Position numbers and translations under genes: made by a program. The notes beneath the pieces are model-generated. The model was not told the origin of the DNA, did no database searches, and saw only the letters and a list, made by a program, of their open reading frames with translations. 64,000 nucleotides of DNA. Source: an uncultured Desulfosarcina sp. (GTDB taxonomy: Bacteria > Desulfobacterota > Desulfobacteria > Desulfobacterales > Desulfosarcinaceae). Of this stretch, positions 41,809 to 52,633 are shown piece after piece. How positions within the stretch are numbered: position 1 is the stretch's first letter; each line of letters begins with the position of its first letter. The stretch spans positions 1,504,001-1,568,000 of the forward strand of contig CAXXWQ010000004.1 in NCBI GenBank assembly GCA_963674945.2. The letters run 5' to 3'.

Positions 41809-44800
41809 CTACGGCTCTTCTACTGGACCGCCTTTATGGGACAACTCATGCCCATGGGCGAATTCCCAGCGTTTGTCCAAAAAGTAGAGAATGGGCACTG
41901 TCATGCGTGAAAAAAGCAGCGACGCCACTTCGCCGGCCATCAGGGAAATGGCCAGCCCCTGGAAAATGGGATCGAAAAGAATCACCGAGGCACCCACCAC
42001 TACCGCCGCAGCGGTGAGCATCATGGGACGAAAACGTACGGCACCGGCGTCGATGACGGCTTTGTCCAGTGGCATGCCTTCGCGGATTCTAAGCTCGATG
42101 AAATCCACCAGAATGATGGAGTTTCGTACAACGATGCCGGCGCCGGCAATGAAGCCGATCATTGAGGTGGCGGTGAAAAAGGCCCCCATGGCCCAATGGG
42201 CCGGCAGGATGCCGATGAGCGAGAAGGGTATGGCCACCATGATCGCAATGGGGGTGGAAAAGGATTGGAACCACCCCACCACCAGAACGAAAATCAGGAT
42301 CAGAACCACGCCGAACGCGATGCCCAGATCGCGGAACACTTCGTAGGTGATGTGCCATTCGCCGTCCCACTTCATGGCGAACTTGCGGTCGGTTTCGGGC
42401 ACATTGGCGGTGTGTTGCGCGATTTCATATCCTTCGGGAAGCTGCATGGCCGCGATCTTCTTGCGCATCTCCAGGATGGCGTAGACCGGACTCTCCTTGG
42501 CCCCGGCCACGTCGGCCAGCACATAGACCACGGGCATGAGATTCTTGTGGTAGATGCTCTTCTCGCCGCTGGTCTCCCGGGCTTTGACCAGGGAGGCCAG
42601 GGGTACCAGATCGCCACCGGCCGTTTGCATCTTGATGGCTTCCAGACGTTTGATGTCGGACCGGTCGGCCAGGGGCAGGCGTACGATCACCGGGACGTCC
42701 TCTCGCTCCAGAGGCTGGTGCAGCAGGCCCACCTGGCGGCCGTCGAGGGCCGTCTTGAGTGTCTCGGCGATCTGCATGACGCTGATGCCGTGCAGGGCGG
42801 CACGCTCACGGTCCACGGTGAGCTGGTAGCGCGGATAGTCGTCCTCCATGTACCAGTCCACGTCCACCACCCCCTCTGTCCCCTCGAAGATCTTCATGAT
42901 CTCGGCGGCGATTTCTCGCTGGCGGCCGTAATCCGGTCCGTAAACCTCGGCCACCAGGGTCGAAAGTACCGGCGGACCGGGCGGCACTTCGGCCACCTTG
43001 ATGCGGGCACCGTGGCGCTGGGCGATCGCTGCCAGGGCCGGCCGCACCCGCTTGGCGATGTCATGGCTCTGCTGTGCCCGATCCTGCTTGCCCACCAGGT
43101 TGACCTGGATGTCGGCCATGTATGGTGCGCTGCGCAGGTAGTAGTGGCGTACCAGACCGTTGAAGTTGAACGGACCGCTGGCACCCACATGGAGCTGGTA
43201 GTCGGTAACCTCGTTGACCGTGGCAAGGTAGTCGCCCATTTCGCGAGCGGCGGCGGCGGTGGTCTCGAGGGTGGCCGACTCGGGCATGTCGATGATCACC
43301 TGAAATTCGCTTTTGTTGTCAAAGGGCAGCATTTTGACTTTGACCATGCCCACACCCACCATGGCGCAGGAGAGCAAGAGCAACCCGACGACGCCGATGA
43401 GAAAGGTCCAGCGCCAGCGGGGATTGTGGATCAGTGGATCCATCATCCGGCGGTAGAGCCGCGTGCTCCAATCTTCGCTGGCGTGGTCGTGTCCGCCACC
43501 GTCGGCGGTCTTTTTGAGCAGACGCACGCTAGCCCAGGGGGTGACGATGAAGGCCACGATGAGTGAGAAGACCATGGCCGCCGACGCGCCCACGGGAATG
43601 GGCCGCATGTAAGGACCCATCAGGCCGCCCACAAAGGCCATGGGCAAAATGGCGGCGATGACGGTAAGGGTGGCCAGGATGGTCGGGTTGCCCACCTCGT
43701 CCACGGCCTCGATGGTGACGTTGAACAGATTGCGGCCCTTGTTCTCGGGCAGGTGGAAATGGCGCACCACGTTTTCCACCACCACGATGGCGTCGTCCAC
43801 CAGGATTCCGATGGAGAAGATCAGGGCGAACAGGGTGATGCGGTTCAGTGTATAACCGTACAGGTAGAAAATCGCCATGGTCAGGGCCAGGGTGACGGGG
43901 ATGGCCATGGCCACGACGCCCGATTCGCGACGTCCCAGGACCAACCAGATGAGAAGGGTGACGGAGACGACGGCGATAGCCATATGGTAGAGCAGTTCGT
44001 TGGATTTCTCCTCGGCGGTCTCGCCGTAGTTGCGGGTGATGGTCATGTGGATGTTGTCGGGCAGTTTGCTGCCGCGGACTTTGTCAATGCGGTGCAGCAC
44101 CCGTTCGGCCACATCGATGGCATTGGTGCCTTTTCGCTTGGCCAAAGAGAGGGTGACCGCCGGAAAGACGCCCTCACCTTCGATTCCCTTTTCATCTGCT
44201 GCCGGGCCGGTGCCGAAGAAGGCATACTGGTCCGGTTCCGCCGGACCATCCTCGATGGTGGCCATGTCCTGCACATAGACCGGGCGGCCGTGATAATTGC
44301 CGAGCACCACCCGGGCCACATCCTCGCGGTCCCGCAAAAAACCGCCGACATGGACGGTCACCTCCCCCTTTTGTGAGGGATAGCTGCCGGCCTGGGAGGC
44401 CATATTGGCCGCCTGGATCATACCGGCGGCCTGGTTCAGGTCGATGCCCGCGGCCGCCAGCCGCACCGGATCGAAGAGCACCCGCACCTGACGGGGGCTA
44501 CCGCCGATGAGGGTGGTGATGGAGACATCGGGTTCCCGTTTGACCACGGTTTCGATTTCCGCCGCGACCCGACGCAGCGTGTAGTGATCCACGTCGCTCT
44601 CCTCACTCCAGAATGTGAGGGCCAGAATGGGAACGTCATCGATATAGCGTGGCTTGATCAGAGGTGGCGAGGCGGCCCAGGGAATGCGGTCGTAATTGGC
44701 CATCAGCTTGGACTGCAGGCGCACGATGGCGTTTTCCTCGTCTTCCCCCACATAAAAGCGTACGATCGCCATGCTGACACCGGGAGCCGAGGTGGTGTAG

Positions 44801-45060
44801 ACATACTCCACACCGGGAATCTCCCACAGCAGGCGCTCCATGGGACCGGTGATGCGCTGTTCCACCTCTTTGGCGTCGGCGCCGGGCATCTGAACGAAAA
44901 TATCGATCATGGGCACAATGATCTGAGGCTCTTCTTCCCGGGGCAATGCCACCACGGCGGCGATGCCCAGCAGAATCGAAGCGATGATCACCAGGGGCGT
45001 GAGTTTGGAATCGATGAAGTAACGGGCGATTTTGCCGGCGGTTCCGATCGTAGATTTCAT
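41809..45060 (-). CDS. RND efflux permease (AcrB/CusA family)
   Basis: 1083 aa; [40 protein letters not shown]. Confidence 0.95.
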   Translation of the reverse strand: MKSTIGTAGKIARYFIDSKLTPLVIIASILLGIAAVVALPREEEPQIIVPMIDIFVQMPGADAKEVEQRITGPMERLLWEIPGVEYVYTTSAPGVSMAIVRFYVGEDEENAIVRLQSKLMANYDRIPWAASPPLIKPRYIDDVPILALTFWSEESDVDHYTLRRVAAEIETVVKREPDVSITTLIGGSPRQVRVLFDPVRLAAAGIDLNQAAGMIQAANMASQAGSYPSQKGEVTVHVGGFLRDREDVARVVLGNYHGRPVYVQDMATIEDGPAEPDQYAFFGTGPAADEKGIEGEGVFPAVTLSLAKRKGTNAIDVAERVLHRIDKVRGSKLPDNIHMTITRNYGETAEEKSNELLYHMAIAVVSVTLLIWLVLGRRESGVVAMAIPVTLALTMAIFYLYGYTLNRITLFALIFSIGILVDDAIVVVENVVRHFHLPENKGRNLFNVTIEAVDEVGNPTILATLTVIAAILPMAFVGGLMGPYMRPIPVGASAAMVFSLIVAFIVTPWASVRLLKKTADGGGHDHASEDWSTRLYRRMMDPLIHNPRWRWTFLIGVVGLLLLSCAMVGVGMVKVKMLPFDNKSEFQVIIDMPESATLETTAAAAREMGDYLATVNEVTDYQLHVGASGPFNFNGLVRHYYLRSAPYMADIQVNLVGKQDRAQQSHDIAKRVRPALAAIAQRHGARIKVAEVPPGPPVLSTLVAEVYGPDYGRQREIAAEIMKIFEGTEGVVDVDWYMEDDYPRYQLTVDRERAALHGISVMQIAETLKTALDGRQVGLLHQPLEREDVPVIVRLPLADRSDIKRLEAIKMQTAGGDLVPLASLVKARETSGEKSIYHKNLMPVVYVLADVAGAKESPVYAILEMRKKIAAMQLPEGYEIAQHTANVPETDRKFAMKWDGEWHITYEVFRDLGIAFGVVLILIFVLVVGWFQSFSTPIAIMVAIPFSLIGILPAHWAMGAFFTATSMIGFIAGAGIVVRNSIILVDFIELRIREGMPLDKAVIDAGAVRFRPMMLTAAAVVVGASVILFDPIFQGLAISLMAGEVASLLFSRMTVPILYFLDKRWEFAHGHELSHKGGPVEEP

Positions 45061-46220
45061 CAGGCACCCTCCACCTTCATGCCGTCTTTCAGCGTGACGG
45101 GGATGTTGGAAACATAGCGTTGTCCGTCTCTGAGGCCGGAGATGATTTCAATCCGGTCTGCATAGGTCTTTCCGGCACGCACCAACCGGAAGCGGGCGAC
45201 GTTGCCGTCGTCCACGATGTACACACCGGTGAGCTGACCTTCGGTCTTCACGGCGGTTTCAGGAACGAGCAGAATACCCGTGCCGCCAACGGGGATGAAC
45301 ACCCGGGCGAACATGCCCGATTTGAGATCCAGCCCCTCGGGCATGCCCACTTTGAGTTCGAAGCTTCGGCTCTGGGCATCGGCCGCCGGAATGATGCGTC
45401 CCACATGGCCGGTGGCCTCCAGATCACCGAGGGCCGGCACCTTGACCTTGACCGGCATACCGATCTTTACCGATTGGATATGGCGTTCGGGCAGCACCAG
45501 GTCAGCACAGAAGAGTCCCTCCTGCTCGATGGTCAGCATCGGCGTGCCGGGTGCGGCCAGATCCCCCTCGTCGACCATTTTGCTCACCACAAGGCCGTCG
45601 TAGGGTGCCGTTACCTTGGCGTCCCGTTTGGCGATGCTGGCCTGCTGCACGGCGGCCTCGGCCTGTTGTACACGGGACCGGGACGCTTCCACCATGGCTT
45701 CGGCCTGGGCCTGGGCCGCCCGGGCCTGACGGCTGCGTGATTCGATTTCGTCGTACTCCTGTTTGGAAACCGAATTCTCCTCGAGCAGCCTCTGATAGCG
45801 CTTGTATGTGGCAACGGCCAGATCGGCTGCAGCCCGGGCTGCATCCCGTGAGGAAATGGCGGAGGACTCGGCCCTTCTCGCCGCCCGCAGTCCGGCTTCG
45901 GCCTGATCAAGCTGGGCCGTGACCGTACTGGAATCGATGGTTACCAGCAGGTCTCCCTTTTTCACCGGATCGCCTTCCTGTACATGAACCGCTTGAACGG
46001 TACCCATCAGTTTGGACGAAATGGTGCTGGCCGTGCGGGCATTGATGGTGGCCACGGCTTCGTAGAGAAACGGTTCCTCGCTGATCTTTGCCTCGGCCAC
46101 CGGGGCCTGGATGGTCTGGCCGATGCCCGGTGCGGTGTTGCCCGGCTCGATCTTCTGACCACAGGCGGTGGAAATGGCCAACATCGTCAATAAAACGATC
46201 ATCGTGCGTTTTGATTTCAT
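45060..46220 (-). CDS. RND periplasmic adaptor (membrane fusion protein), lipoprotein
   Basis: TACG lipobox, V.EGD.VKKG, helical hairpin, APYDG, GMFARV. Confidence 0.93.
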   Translation of the reverse strand: MKSKRTMIVLLTMLAISTACGQKIEPGNTAPGIGQTIQAPVAEAKISEEPFLYEAVATINARTASTISSKLMGTVQAVHVQEGDPVKKGDLLVTIDSSTVTAQLDQAEAGLRAARRAESSAISSRDAARAAADLAVATYKRYQRLLEENSVSKQEYDEIESRSRQARAAQAQAEAMVEASRSRVQQAEAAVQQASIAKRDAKVTAPYDGLVVSKMVDEGDLAAPGTPMLTIEQEGLFCADLVLPERHIQSVKIGMPVKVKVPALGDLEATGHVGRIIPAADAQSRSFELKVGMPEGLDLKSGMFARVFIPVGGTGILLVPETAVKTEGQLTGVYIVDDGNVARFRLVRAGKTYADRIEIISGLRDGQRYVSNIPVTLKDGMKVEGA

Positions 46221-46245
46221 TGCGGTCTCCGTTTTAATCGTTTAG

Positions 46246-47640
46246 TCATTCAAAATCCTTATCGATGCTACCAATAGCCAGGGCCAGGGCGATGCGGGAA
46301 ACTGTAAAGTCGTGCATGGCCTTGAAATGCTGGGTCTGAGCCTGCTGCAGGGCCACCTGGGCGTCGAGCAAGTTGATCAGGGCCAGCAGTCCGTTCTCGT
46401 ACCGGTTGGCCACGATGCGCAACCCCTCTTCGGCCTGGGCCACGGCGCCGGCGGCCACCTGGATGCTTTGCCAGGTACTCTGGGCCTCGTAATATGCCTT
46501 TTGGGTTTCCACCCGCACGTTCAAGGCCAGTCCCTGGCGCATGGATTGGATTCTGGAAAGCACCGCTTTGGCTTCGGCCGTTTGGGCGGAAATACGCTGC
46601 CCGCTGAAAAGATTAAACTGGAGCACCGCGCCCACGTTGTAGCTCTCCTGGGAATCGCCGAAATCCTCGGTGTTGATTTCATACCCGCCCGTAAGGGCCA
46701 GGCTCGGATAGTGACCGGTACGGGCCCGGCTCACCCCCTGGCGGGCAATCTCTTCCTGAATCTGAAGCTGCTGCAGGTCGGGTCGCTGTTCCAGTGCATT
46801 CGTGAGCCACTCGTTCAGTGCACCCCTCACGGCGACTGCTTCTCCAAAGGTGGTGGTCAGCAAAAGGGGGGCACTGTTTTCATCGGTTTCGGTTATGCCC
46901 ATGGCAGCCCGGAGAATGGCATAAGCCACCTTGAGCCGGCTCTCGGCCGTAAGGTGCTGCTGCTCCAGGTTGGAGATGCGCACCTGGGACCGCAATACGT
47001 CGCTTTTGACGGCCAGTCCGCTGTTCTGACGGTCTTGCACCACCTTCAGATGCGCCCGGGCGGTATCCAACGCCTGCAGCACCACCTGGCGATTTTCGTC
47101 GGCCAGCAGGCATCCCATATAGGCCGTGGCGGTCCGGGCGATGGTGGCCTGTTCACTGCGTTGCAGGGCCAGGCGGCCGGCCTCTTCGTTTTGCTGTGCC
47201 TGGCGCCAGGCAATCCATGTCTGGCCGCCGTCGAAGATACGCCAGCCCAGCGTCAGCGCGGTTTTAAAGTTATTGATGGCGTCCGGGTTGTTCAAGCGCT
47301 CGGGATCGAAATCCTGTGCCGTGATGGCGCCTTGATTGAGCTTGGTACCGAAGGCCCACAGGGGGCTGTCGGTACGGCTGTAGGTTTCCGAGATGTCCAG
47401 TTGGGGCAGCAGCCCCGAGCGCGCCTGAATCGTCTGGGCGGATGTCGCCGCCACCTCGGAACGGTCCGCCTCGAGCTGGGGGTTTTGCCGCAAGGCCGTT
47501 GCAATGGCATCGGACAGGGTCAGTGGCGCTTGCATCTCTTCGGCGTGGGGCGACGTCGTAATCAGAGCCAGGGACAGGAACGCAAGGCCCCCGACAAAGG
47601 CGATGAATCTACTACCCAGTGAGTTCATAACACTCTCCAT
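46246..47640 (-). CDS. TolC-family outer membrane efflux protein
   Basis: Signal peptide, LTLSDAI..AL..NP, two OEP repeats, RYENGL..LLDAQ. Confidence 0.93.
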   Translation of the reverse strand: MESVMNSLGSRFIAFVGGLAFLSLALITTSPHAEEMQAPLTLSDAIATALRQNPQLEADRSEVAATSAQTIQARSGLLPQLDISETYSRTDSPLWAFGTKLNQGAITAQDFDPERLNNPDAINNFKTALTLGWRIFDGGQTWIAWRQAQQNEEAGRLALQRSEQATIARTATAYMGCLLADENRQVVLQALDTARAHLKVVQDRQNSGLAVKSDVLRSQVRISNLEQQHLTAESRLKVAYAILRAAMGITETDENSAPLLLTTTFGEAVAVRGALNEWLTNALEQRPDLQQLQIQEEIARQGVSRARTGHYPSLALTGGYEINTEDFGDSQESYNVGAVLQFNLFSGQRISAQTAEAKAVLSRIQSMRQGLALNVRVETQKAYYEAQSTWQSIQVAAGAVAQAEEGLRIVANRYENGLLALINLLDAQVALQQAQTQHFKAMHDFTVSRIALALAIGSIDKDFE

Positions 47641-47900
47641 TCGTTTAGCGGCATTGGGGACGATTCTCCGACGTGTGAATCGCCTCCGTTTTTCTTTCAG
47701 AGCGATATTGCAAATATAACATATTTAACGTTTTTTTCCAGTTCCAGTATTGAATCAGGGACCACCCTACGGTGGGGGAATTTCATTTTAGACCTCAGGC
47801 CGCCAATTATTCAAGAGACGGCTCTTCTCAGATCGTTACAATTTTCAATAATGAGTCAAACGAGTGGCTTGGAGAAAAAAAATGAAGACAATAAAAATGT

Positions 47901-49178
47901 TCACCGCGAAGTCAACTTGATCTCAATGCGGCGATTCTTTCGGTAGGCGGAAGGCGTATCAGCCGGATCGAGGGGATGGAACTTACTGAAACCGACGGCA
48001 GCCATGTGGGTCTCGGGAATCCCCCGGGTGGAAAGGAATCGGACCACCGAAACGGCCCGGGCGGTGGAAAGCTCCCAATTGGAAGAAAAATGCGCCCTGG
48101 TGACCGGCACCCGATCGGTATGGCCGTCGATCCGCAGGATCCAGTCGATCTCATCCGGGATTTTCTCCGCCATGGCCTTCAATTCGACGGCCAGTTGTGT
48201 CAGATGATGAATGCCGTCTGCACCGAGATCGGCCGAACCGGAGGCAAAGAGAAGTTCGGCCTGGAGAACGAATCGGTCTCCTTCGATCCGAATCAGCGGG
48301 TTGTCGTCCAGTACGGTTCGCAGACGCCCAAAAAATTCCGACCGATAGGCTTCAAGATCATTGACCCGCTTTGCCAGGGCAAGGTTCAGACGTCTGCCCA
48401 GATCCTTGATTTGAGCATCCTTGGAAAACTGCTCGTCTTTGGAAAGATCCAGTGCGCGACTGACCATTTCCAGGCGGGCCTGCAATGTCTCGATGCTTTT
48501 GTTCAATTGGGCAATCTGTGCCCGGGCACTGGCTGACAGCCGGCGTTCGTTTTCGATGGCCGCCTCCTGCTCATGGACCAACGCCGCCAGTGCCTGAATC
48601 CGAATTTCCTTTTTTTCGATGGTCCGCTGGGCGAGCAGGGTGCGCTCCTGCTGGTCGGCCAGTCGTGTGTCCAGGGCCTTTGTCCGATCCCGGAGTGATC
48701 CGATCTGTAAACGGCTGTCCGAAAGCGCAACCGTCATATCGCCGATGCGCGCCTCGAGGGATTCCCGCAACTGCCGGAGGGCATCGATGTCCTCCTGCAG
48801 GCTTCCGATGAGCAGCAGCTGCGTTTCGATCTTCGTCTCATCCAGACGGGCGTTCTGCGTCAGGATTGTCACCTCGTCGGTAAGCGTCTCCTTGGTATCG
48901 GTGAGCGCGCTGATCGTAACGTTCATATCGGAAATGCTGGCTGCCATCTCACGATTGCGCTGCTCTTCGAGGCCCAGCTGGGTCGTCAGATCGTTGACTT
49001 TCCGCTGGAGCGCCGCCAATTCACTCTCCTGTCCGGACAGCACCTGTCCCAGCAGGAACTGGGCGACGGAGAAAATCAGCACCAGAAAGATGACGACCAT
49101 GAGCAGGGCACTGAGAGCATCCACATACCCCGGCCAGACATTGAATTCGCGTGGACCGCGTTTGGCGATGGTTGTCAT
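47901..49178 (-). CDS. MotB/OmpA-family peptidoglycan-binding protein with long coiled coil
   Basis: TM WPGYVDALSALLMVVIF with Asp; about 230-aa coiled coil; LFASGSA, DGHTD, NWELSTARA, NRRIEI. Confidence 0.88.
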   Translation of the reverse strand: MTTIAKRGPREFNVWPGYVDALSALLMVVIFLVLIFSVAQFLLGQVLSGQESELAALQRKVNDLTTQLGLEEQRNREMAASISDMNVTISALTDTKETLTDEVTILTQNARLDETKIETQLLLIGSLQEDIDALRQLRESLEARIGDMTVALSDSRLQIGSLRDRTKALDTRLADQQERTLLAQRTIEKKEIRIQALAALVHEQEAAIENERRLSASARAQIAQLNKSIETLQARLEMVSRALDLSKDEQFSKDAQIKDLGRRLNLALAKRVNDLEAYRSEFFGRLRTVLDDNPLIRIEGDRFVLQAELLFASGSADLGADGIHHLTQLAVELKAMAEKIPDEIDWILRIDGHTDRVPVTRAHFSSNWELSTARAVSVVRFLSTRGIPETHMAAVGFSKFHPLDPADTPSAYRKNRRIEIKLTSR

Positions 49179-49182
49179 GGCG

Positions 49183-50070
49183 TCAAACACCCATCGCCGC
49201 GACCGACCGTTTTCTGGAAAACGGTTTATCGGAAACGCGTTCTTCCAGCAACTTGGCCACCATGCGATTGCTGGTGCGAAGCTCCCGGTTCATCTCAATC
49301 AATTGATCCTTGATCCCATGGGGCTCCGTGTCCGCCGATCCGGTTCCCATGGCGGCATCCTCCCCTTTTTCCCTGTCGATCAGATGCGTTACACCGGACA
49401 GCCACTCTTCCAGTTCGTTGAAGAATCGGTTCTGGGCGTGTCCGGCCTGAAGGTCTAAAAATCCCAACACCAGCGACCCCCCCAATCCGAAAAGGGAAGA
49501 GCTGAATGCGGTTCCCATCCCGCTCAAGGGACCTTGAAGACCGGTCTTGAGGTTTTCGAACACTGCGGCAAAATCGTGACGGGCGACATCCAACCCTTCG
49601 ATGACCTGCCATACGGAACCGATGGTTCCCAGAAGGCCCCAAAAGGTTCCCAGAAGCCCCAAGAAAACCAGCAGGCCGATCATGTATCGGGAAACCTCAC
49701 GGGATTCATGCAGGCGGTCACGAATCCCGTCCAGGACCGTGCGCATGGAAAATGCCGACAGGGAAAAGCGATCCCGATTGAGCCCCTCCAGATGCTTTGC
49801 CAGTGGCTTCATCAGACGGGTAGGATCGGAAACCGAAATTCCCGCCTTCCCCGTTCGAAACATGTTGATCCAGCGGAGTTCCGGTTCAAGAGCGAACACC
49901 TGTCGGATGTTGATGGCGATGCCGACGGCCAACGCTCCTATTATCAGCAGATTGAATCCCCAATTGGCCATGAAGGCCGCTTTGAGCGGCGCGAACATCA
50001 GCAGACAGACAACGAGGACGACCCCCTGGTAGAGGGTCATCCAGAAAAGGTGATGTCGTGGACGGCACAT
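49183..50070 (-). CDS. MotA/TolQ/ExbB-family proton channel protein
   Basis: Four TM segments; LGLLGTFWGL and GMGTAFSSSLFGL. Confidence 0.85.
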   Translation of the reverse strand: MCRPRHHLFWMTLYQGVVLVVCLLMFAPLKAAFMANWGFNLLIIGALAVGIAINIRQVFALEPELRWINMFRTGKAGISVSDPTRLMKPLAKHLEGLNRDRFSLSAFSMRTVLDGIRDRLHESREVSRYMIGLLVFLGLLGTFWGLLGTIGSVWQVIEGLDVARHDFAAVFENLKTGLQGPLSGMGTAFSSSLFGLGGSLVLGFLDLQAGHAQNRFFNELEEWLSGVTHLIDREKGEDAAMGTGSADTEPHGIKDQLIEMNRELRTSNRMVAKLLEERVSDKPFSRKRSVAAMGV

Positions 50071-50317
50071 CCTGATTTTCCTTCCGGTATCGGTTATTGC
50101 ACATTTTTGCCAGTCTCTACCGATATGGATGAATCAAAGCCCGTGCCACATTGACAAAATTTTATTTCTTTTAAAATCAGGGAGTAAAACCGAAGCCTGA
50201 TGATAACCGGCGACCCTTTGACGTTAGGTGTCAACAAATGGCGATCGATATAGAAGAAAACCGATGGGCGAATCAGGAATCAGATAAACTCACCAATCCC
50301 ACACAGATCCTAAAAAA

Positions 50318-50773
50318 GTGGCAAAAAAATTGCTCGAAGAGTTACAACGAGAGAATGACCAACGACGGGAAGCAACCAAAACCTCGAAAAGAAAGCATGG
50401 TCGTGAAAAGCACCAGGAAAGGCTGTCTATAAAAGTGAAAGAAATCGTATTCATTATCATCATCTACGCGATGCTCGCCGTCTTGCCGGCATATGCCTAC
50501 CAGGCAGCCATCATCCCCGCATACGCTTTCGTTTCGTCCATGCAATCATCCATGCGAGACTATCAGGCGTATGTGGAACGCCAAGACCGTGCTGGGGCGA
50601 GAAGGCTCCTCACATCCGAAAAGGTTTTCATCGCCCCTAAGGATGTGCGTGTAGAGGTGGTGATCATCGAAGAGAAACTTGCCAAGGTGAAATTGTGCAG
50701 GTTAAATGAAAAGGCCGAACCTGTCACCATGTACTTCTGGACCCTTGCCGATCAGCTAAAATGGCTGCCGTGA
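50318..50773 (+). CDS. Hypothetical membrane-anchored protein
   Basis: 151-aa ORF with one hydrophobic segment; start codon uncertain. Confidence 0.55.
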   Translation: MAKKLLEELQRENDQRREATKTSKRKHGREKHQERLSIKVKEIVFIIIIYAMLAVLPAYAYQAAIIPAYAFVSSMQSSMRDYQAYVERQDRAGARRLLTSEKVFIAPKDVRVEVVIIEEKLAKVKLCRLNEKAEPVTMYFWTLADQLKWLP

Positions 50774-50792
50774 CAAAAGAAGGCGATCGGCC

Positions 50793-51059
50793 CTATACGA
50801 TTCGCGGCCTGTTCCTGGCTGAGATGATCGGTGTGTTGAACATCAAGGAGGTAAGATCGTCATTGCGACGAATGTCGAGTTCCGATTTGTCCTCGTCGAT
50901 GATGAAATAACGGGAGATTACCGCCACAATCTCGTTCTGCATCTCCCGTAAACTGTGATTGGACACGCTCAGACGATCATAAACCAAGGTGAACTGCAGT
51001 CGTTTCTTTGCTGTGTCTTTGCTTGCACCTTTTCGAAATATCCTCTTAAAAAATTTCAT
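50793..51059 (-). CDS. minE: Cell division topological specificity factor
   Basis: SKDTAKKRLQFTLVYDR, EIVAVISRY; ATGA overlap with minD. Confidence 0.9.
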   Translation of the reverse strand: MKFFKRIFRKGASKDTAKKRLQFTLVYDRLSVSNHSLREMQNEIVAVISRYFIIDEDKSELDIRRNDDLTSLMFNTPIISARNRPRIV

Positions 51060-51877
51060 TGGCATTGTGACCCCACCTGTTTCCCGAAACCGATCCTGGC
51101 ACCGATTCTCTTCCAGATGGATTTGGAGACACCCGGAATCTCGATGGGAAGGTCCGGCTGTCCGTTCAGTCGCATGGCGATGCGCTTGAAGGCTAAGCCT
51201 GCCTTGGATTCTTCATTCATCACGATGGGCATCCCGCTGTTGGTCGAAACCACCACCTGTTCATCCGCCTCCACCAATCCAACCAGATCGATGGACAATA
51301 CGTCCACCACATCCTGGTGGCTGAGCATGTCTCCGCGCGCCACCATCGACGGAACGATGCGATTGACCACCAGCTTGGGAGGAATCTGCTTGGAGTACAA
51401 AAGACCGATCACCCGGTCCGCATCCCGGACGGACGACACTTCCGGTGTGCAGATCACCACCGCCTCGTCCGCCGCCGCAACGGCGTTGTCGAATCCCCGC
51501 TCGATACCGGCCGGACAATCCATGAGGATAAAGTCATAGGTCTTTTTCAGCTCCTTGGACAGATGGATCATGTCCTCGGGACGCAACGCATCCTTGTTGT
51601 CGCTCTGGGAGGCCGGTATTAGGAACAGCGTCTCGATTCGACGGCTCTTGATCGCTGCCTGATGAAGTTTACACTTGCCACGGATCACATCCACGATGTT
51701 GAACACCACCCGGTTTTCCAGTCCCATCACCACATCGAGGTTGCGAAGACCGATGTCCATGTCCACGACCGCTACTTTCTTGCCATCCATGGCCAGCGCC
51801 GCACCGATGGAGGCCGTCGCCGTGGTCTTGCCCACGCCGCCTTTGCCCGAGGATATGACGATTATTTTTCCTTCCAC
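51056..51877 (-). CDS. minD: Septum site-determining ATPase
   Basis: SGKGGVGKTT, DIGLRNLD..MGLENR, PEVSSVRDADR, C-terminal amphipathic helix. Confidence 0.96.
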   Translation of the reverse strand: MEGKIIVISSGKGGVGKTTATASIGAALAMDGKKVAVVDMDIGLRNLDVVMGLENRVVFNIVDVIRGKCKLHQAAIKSRRIETLFLIPASQSDNKDALRPEDMIHLSKELKKTYDFILMDCPAGIERGFDNAVAAADEAVVICTPEVSSVRDADRVIGLLYSKQIPPKLVVNRIVPSMVARGDMLSHQDVVDVLSIDLVGLVEADEQVVVSTNSGMPIVMNEESKAGLAFKRIAMRLNGQPDLPIEIPGVSKSIWKRIGARIGFGKQVGSQCQ

Positions 51878-52137
51878 GATTCACCTCATTCGTTTGCCCG
51901 ATACGGGCCAAAGGGTTCTGTTCTCAGGATGCGATATTTCATAAAAGAGTGATAAAGACGGTTGCACATCAACCTCGATGAAATGACCGCCATAATTCAG
52001 GCAGACGGCCGGACGGGACAGAAAGTACAGTATTCAGCTGGCACCAGGAACGGCAGGCGCGATTGAACCGCAAAGACCGATTCGAACCACATATTCATGA
52101 CGCCGGAATATCGTTTCGTCGTTGCTGAATTTCATTT

Positions 52138-52193
52138 ATCATACTGGAACACATATTGTGTGTCAAGAATGAAAAAACATCAATATATGGTAG
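52138..52193 (-). promoter_or_regulatory. Sigma-70 promoter for minDE overlapped by two NrdR-box-like sites
   Basis: Minus strand TTGACA(52166-52161)-N17-TATGAT(52143-52138). Boxes GGAACACATATTGTGT (52146-52161) and CATCAATATATGGTAG (52178-52193) start 32 bp apart. Confidence 0.6.
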
Positions 52194-52305
52194 TTTTTGT
52201 GATATTTCTGGCTAATCTGCAATGCGGGGAATAACGGCCGACGATGAGGCGATAAGATCATGCATTTGCTAAAGTAACCCGGTATGGCGGTTCGACGGAC
52301 AACAG

Positions 52306-52632
52306 CTACTTCACGTTAAGGGTCTTCGGGTCCAGCCCCAACAATAGGCTGGACGTTGCGTAGCTAATCGCCAGATCGCCCGGTGCAAACTGGGGTAACT
52401 GTGCCGCCAGTGCTGACGGCAGTGGATCGATATGGTCATAGGGAAATACGTTAAACCGACCGACGGAATAGCCATAGATGACCGTCACCACAAACAACAG
52501 GTACAAGGCGGCGATTTTTTTGACAGTATCCACGACGATGGGTTTCCTAACGATTGCCCATTCAGAAATGGCAAATTTTCCCGATATCTTTGTTGCGCGA
52601 AAAATTTGGTTTGAACCAACGGCCAACCTCAC
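52306..52632 (-). pseudogene. Internally deleted arylsulfotransferase-family remnant
   Basis: An N-terminal TM plus YGYSVGRFNVFPY is joined directly to an internal-type segment DPLPSALAAQLPQFAPGDLAISY..LDPKTLNVK, then TAG. Confidence 0.5.
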
Positions 52633-52633
52633 A

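Noticed and set aside
47901..50070. Zorya anti-phage system
   Set aside because: The A subunit lacks the long ZorA tail, and no zorC/D/E genes are nearby.
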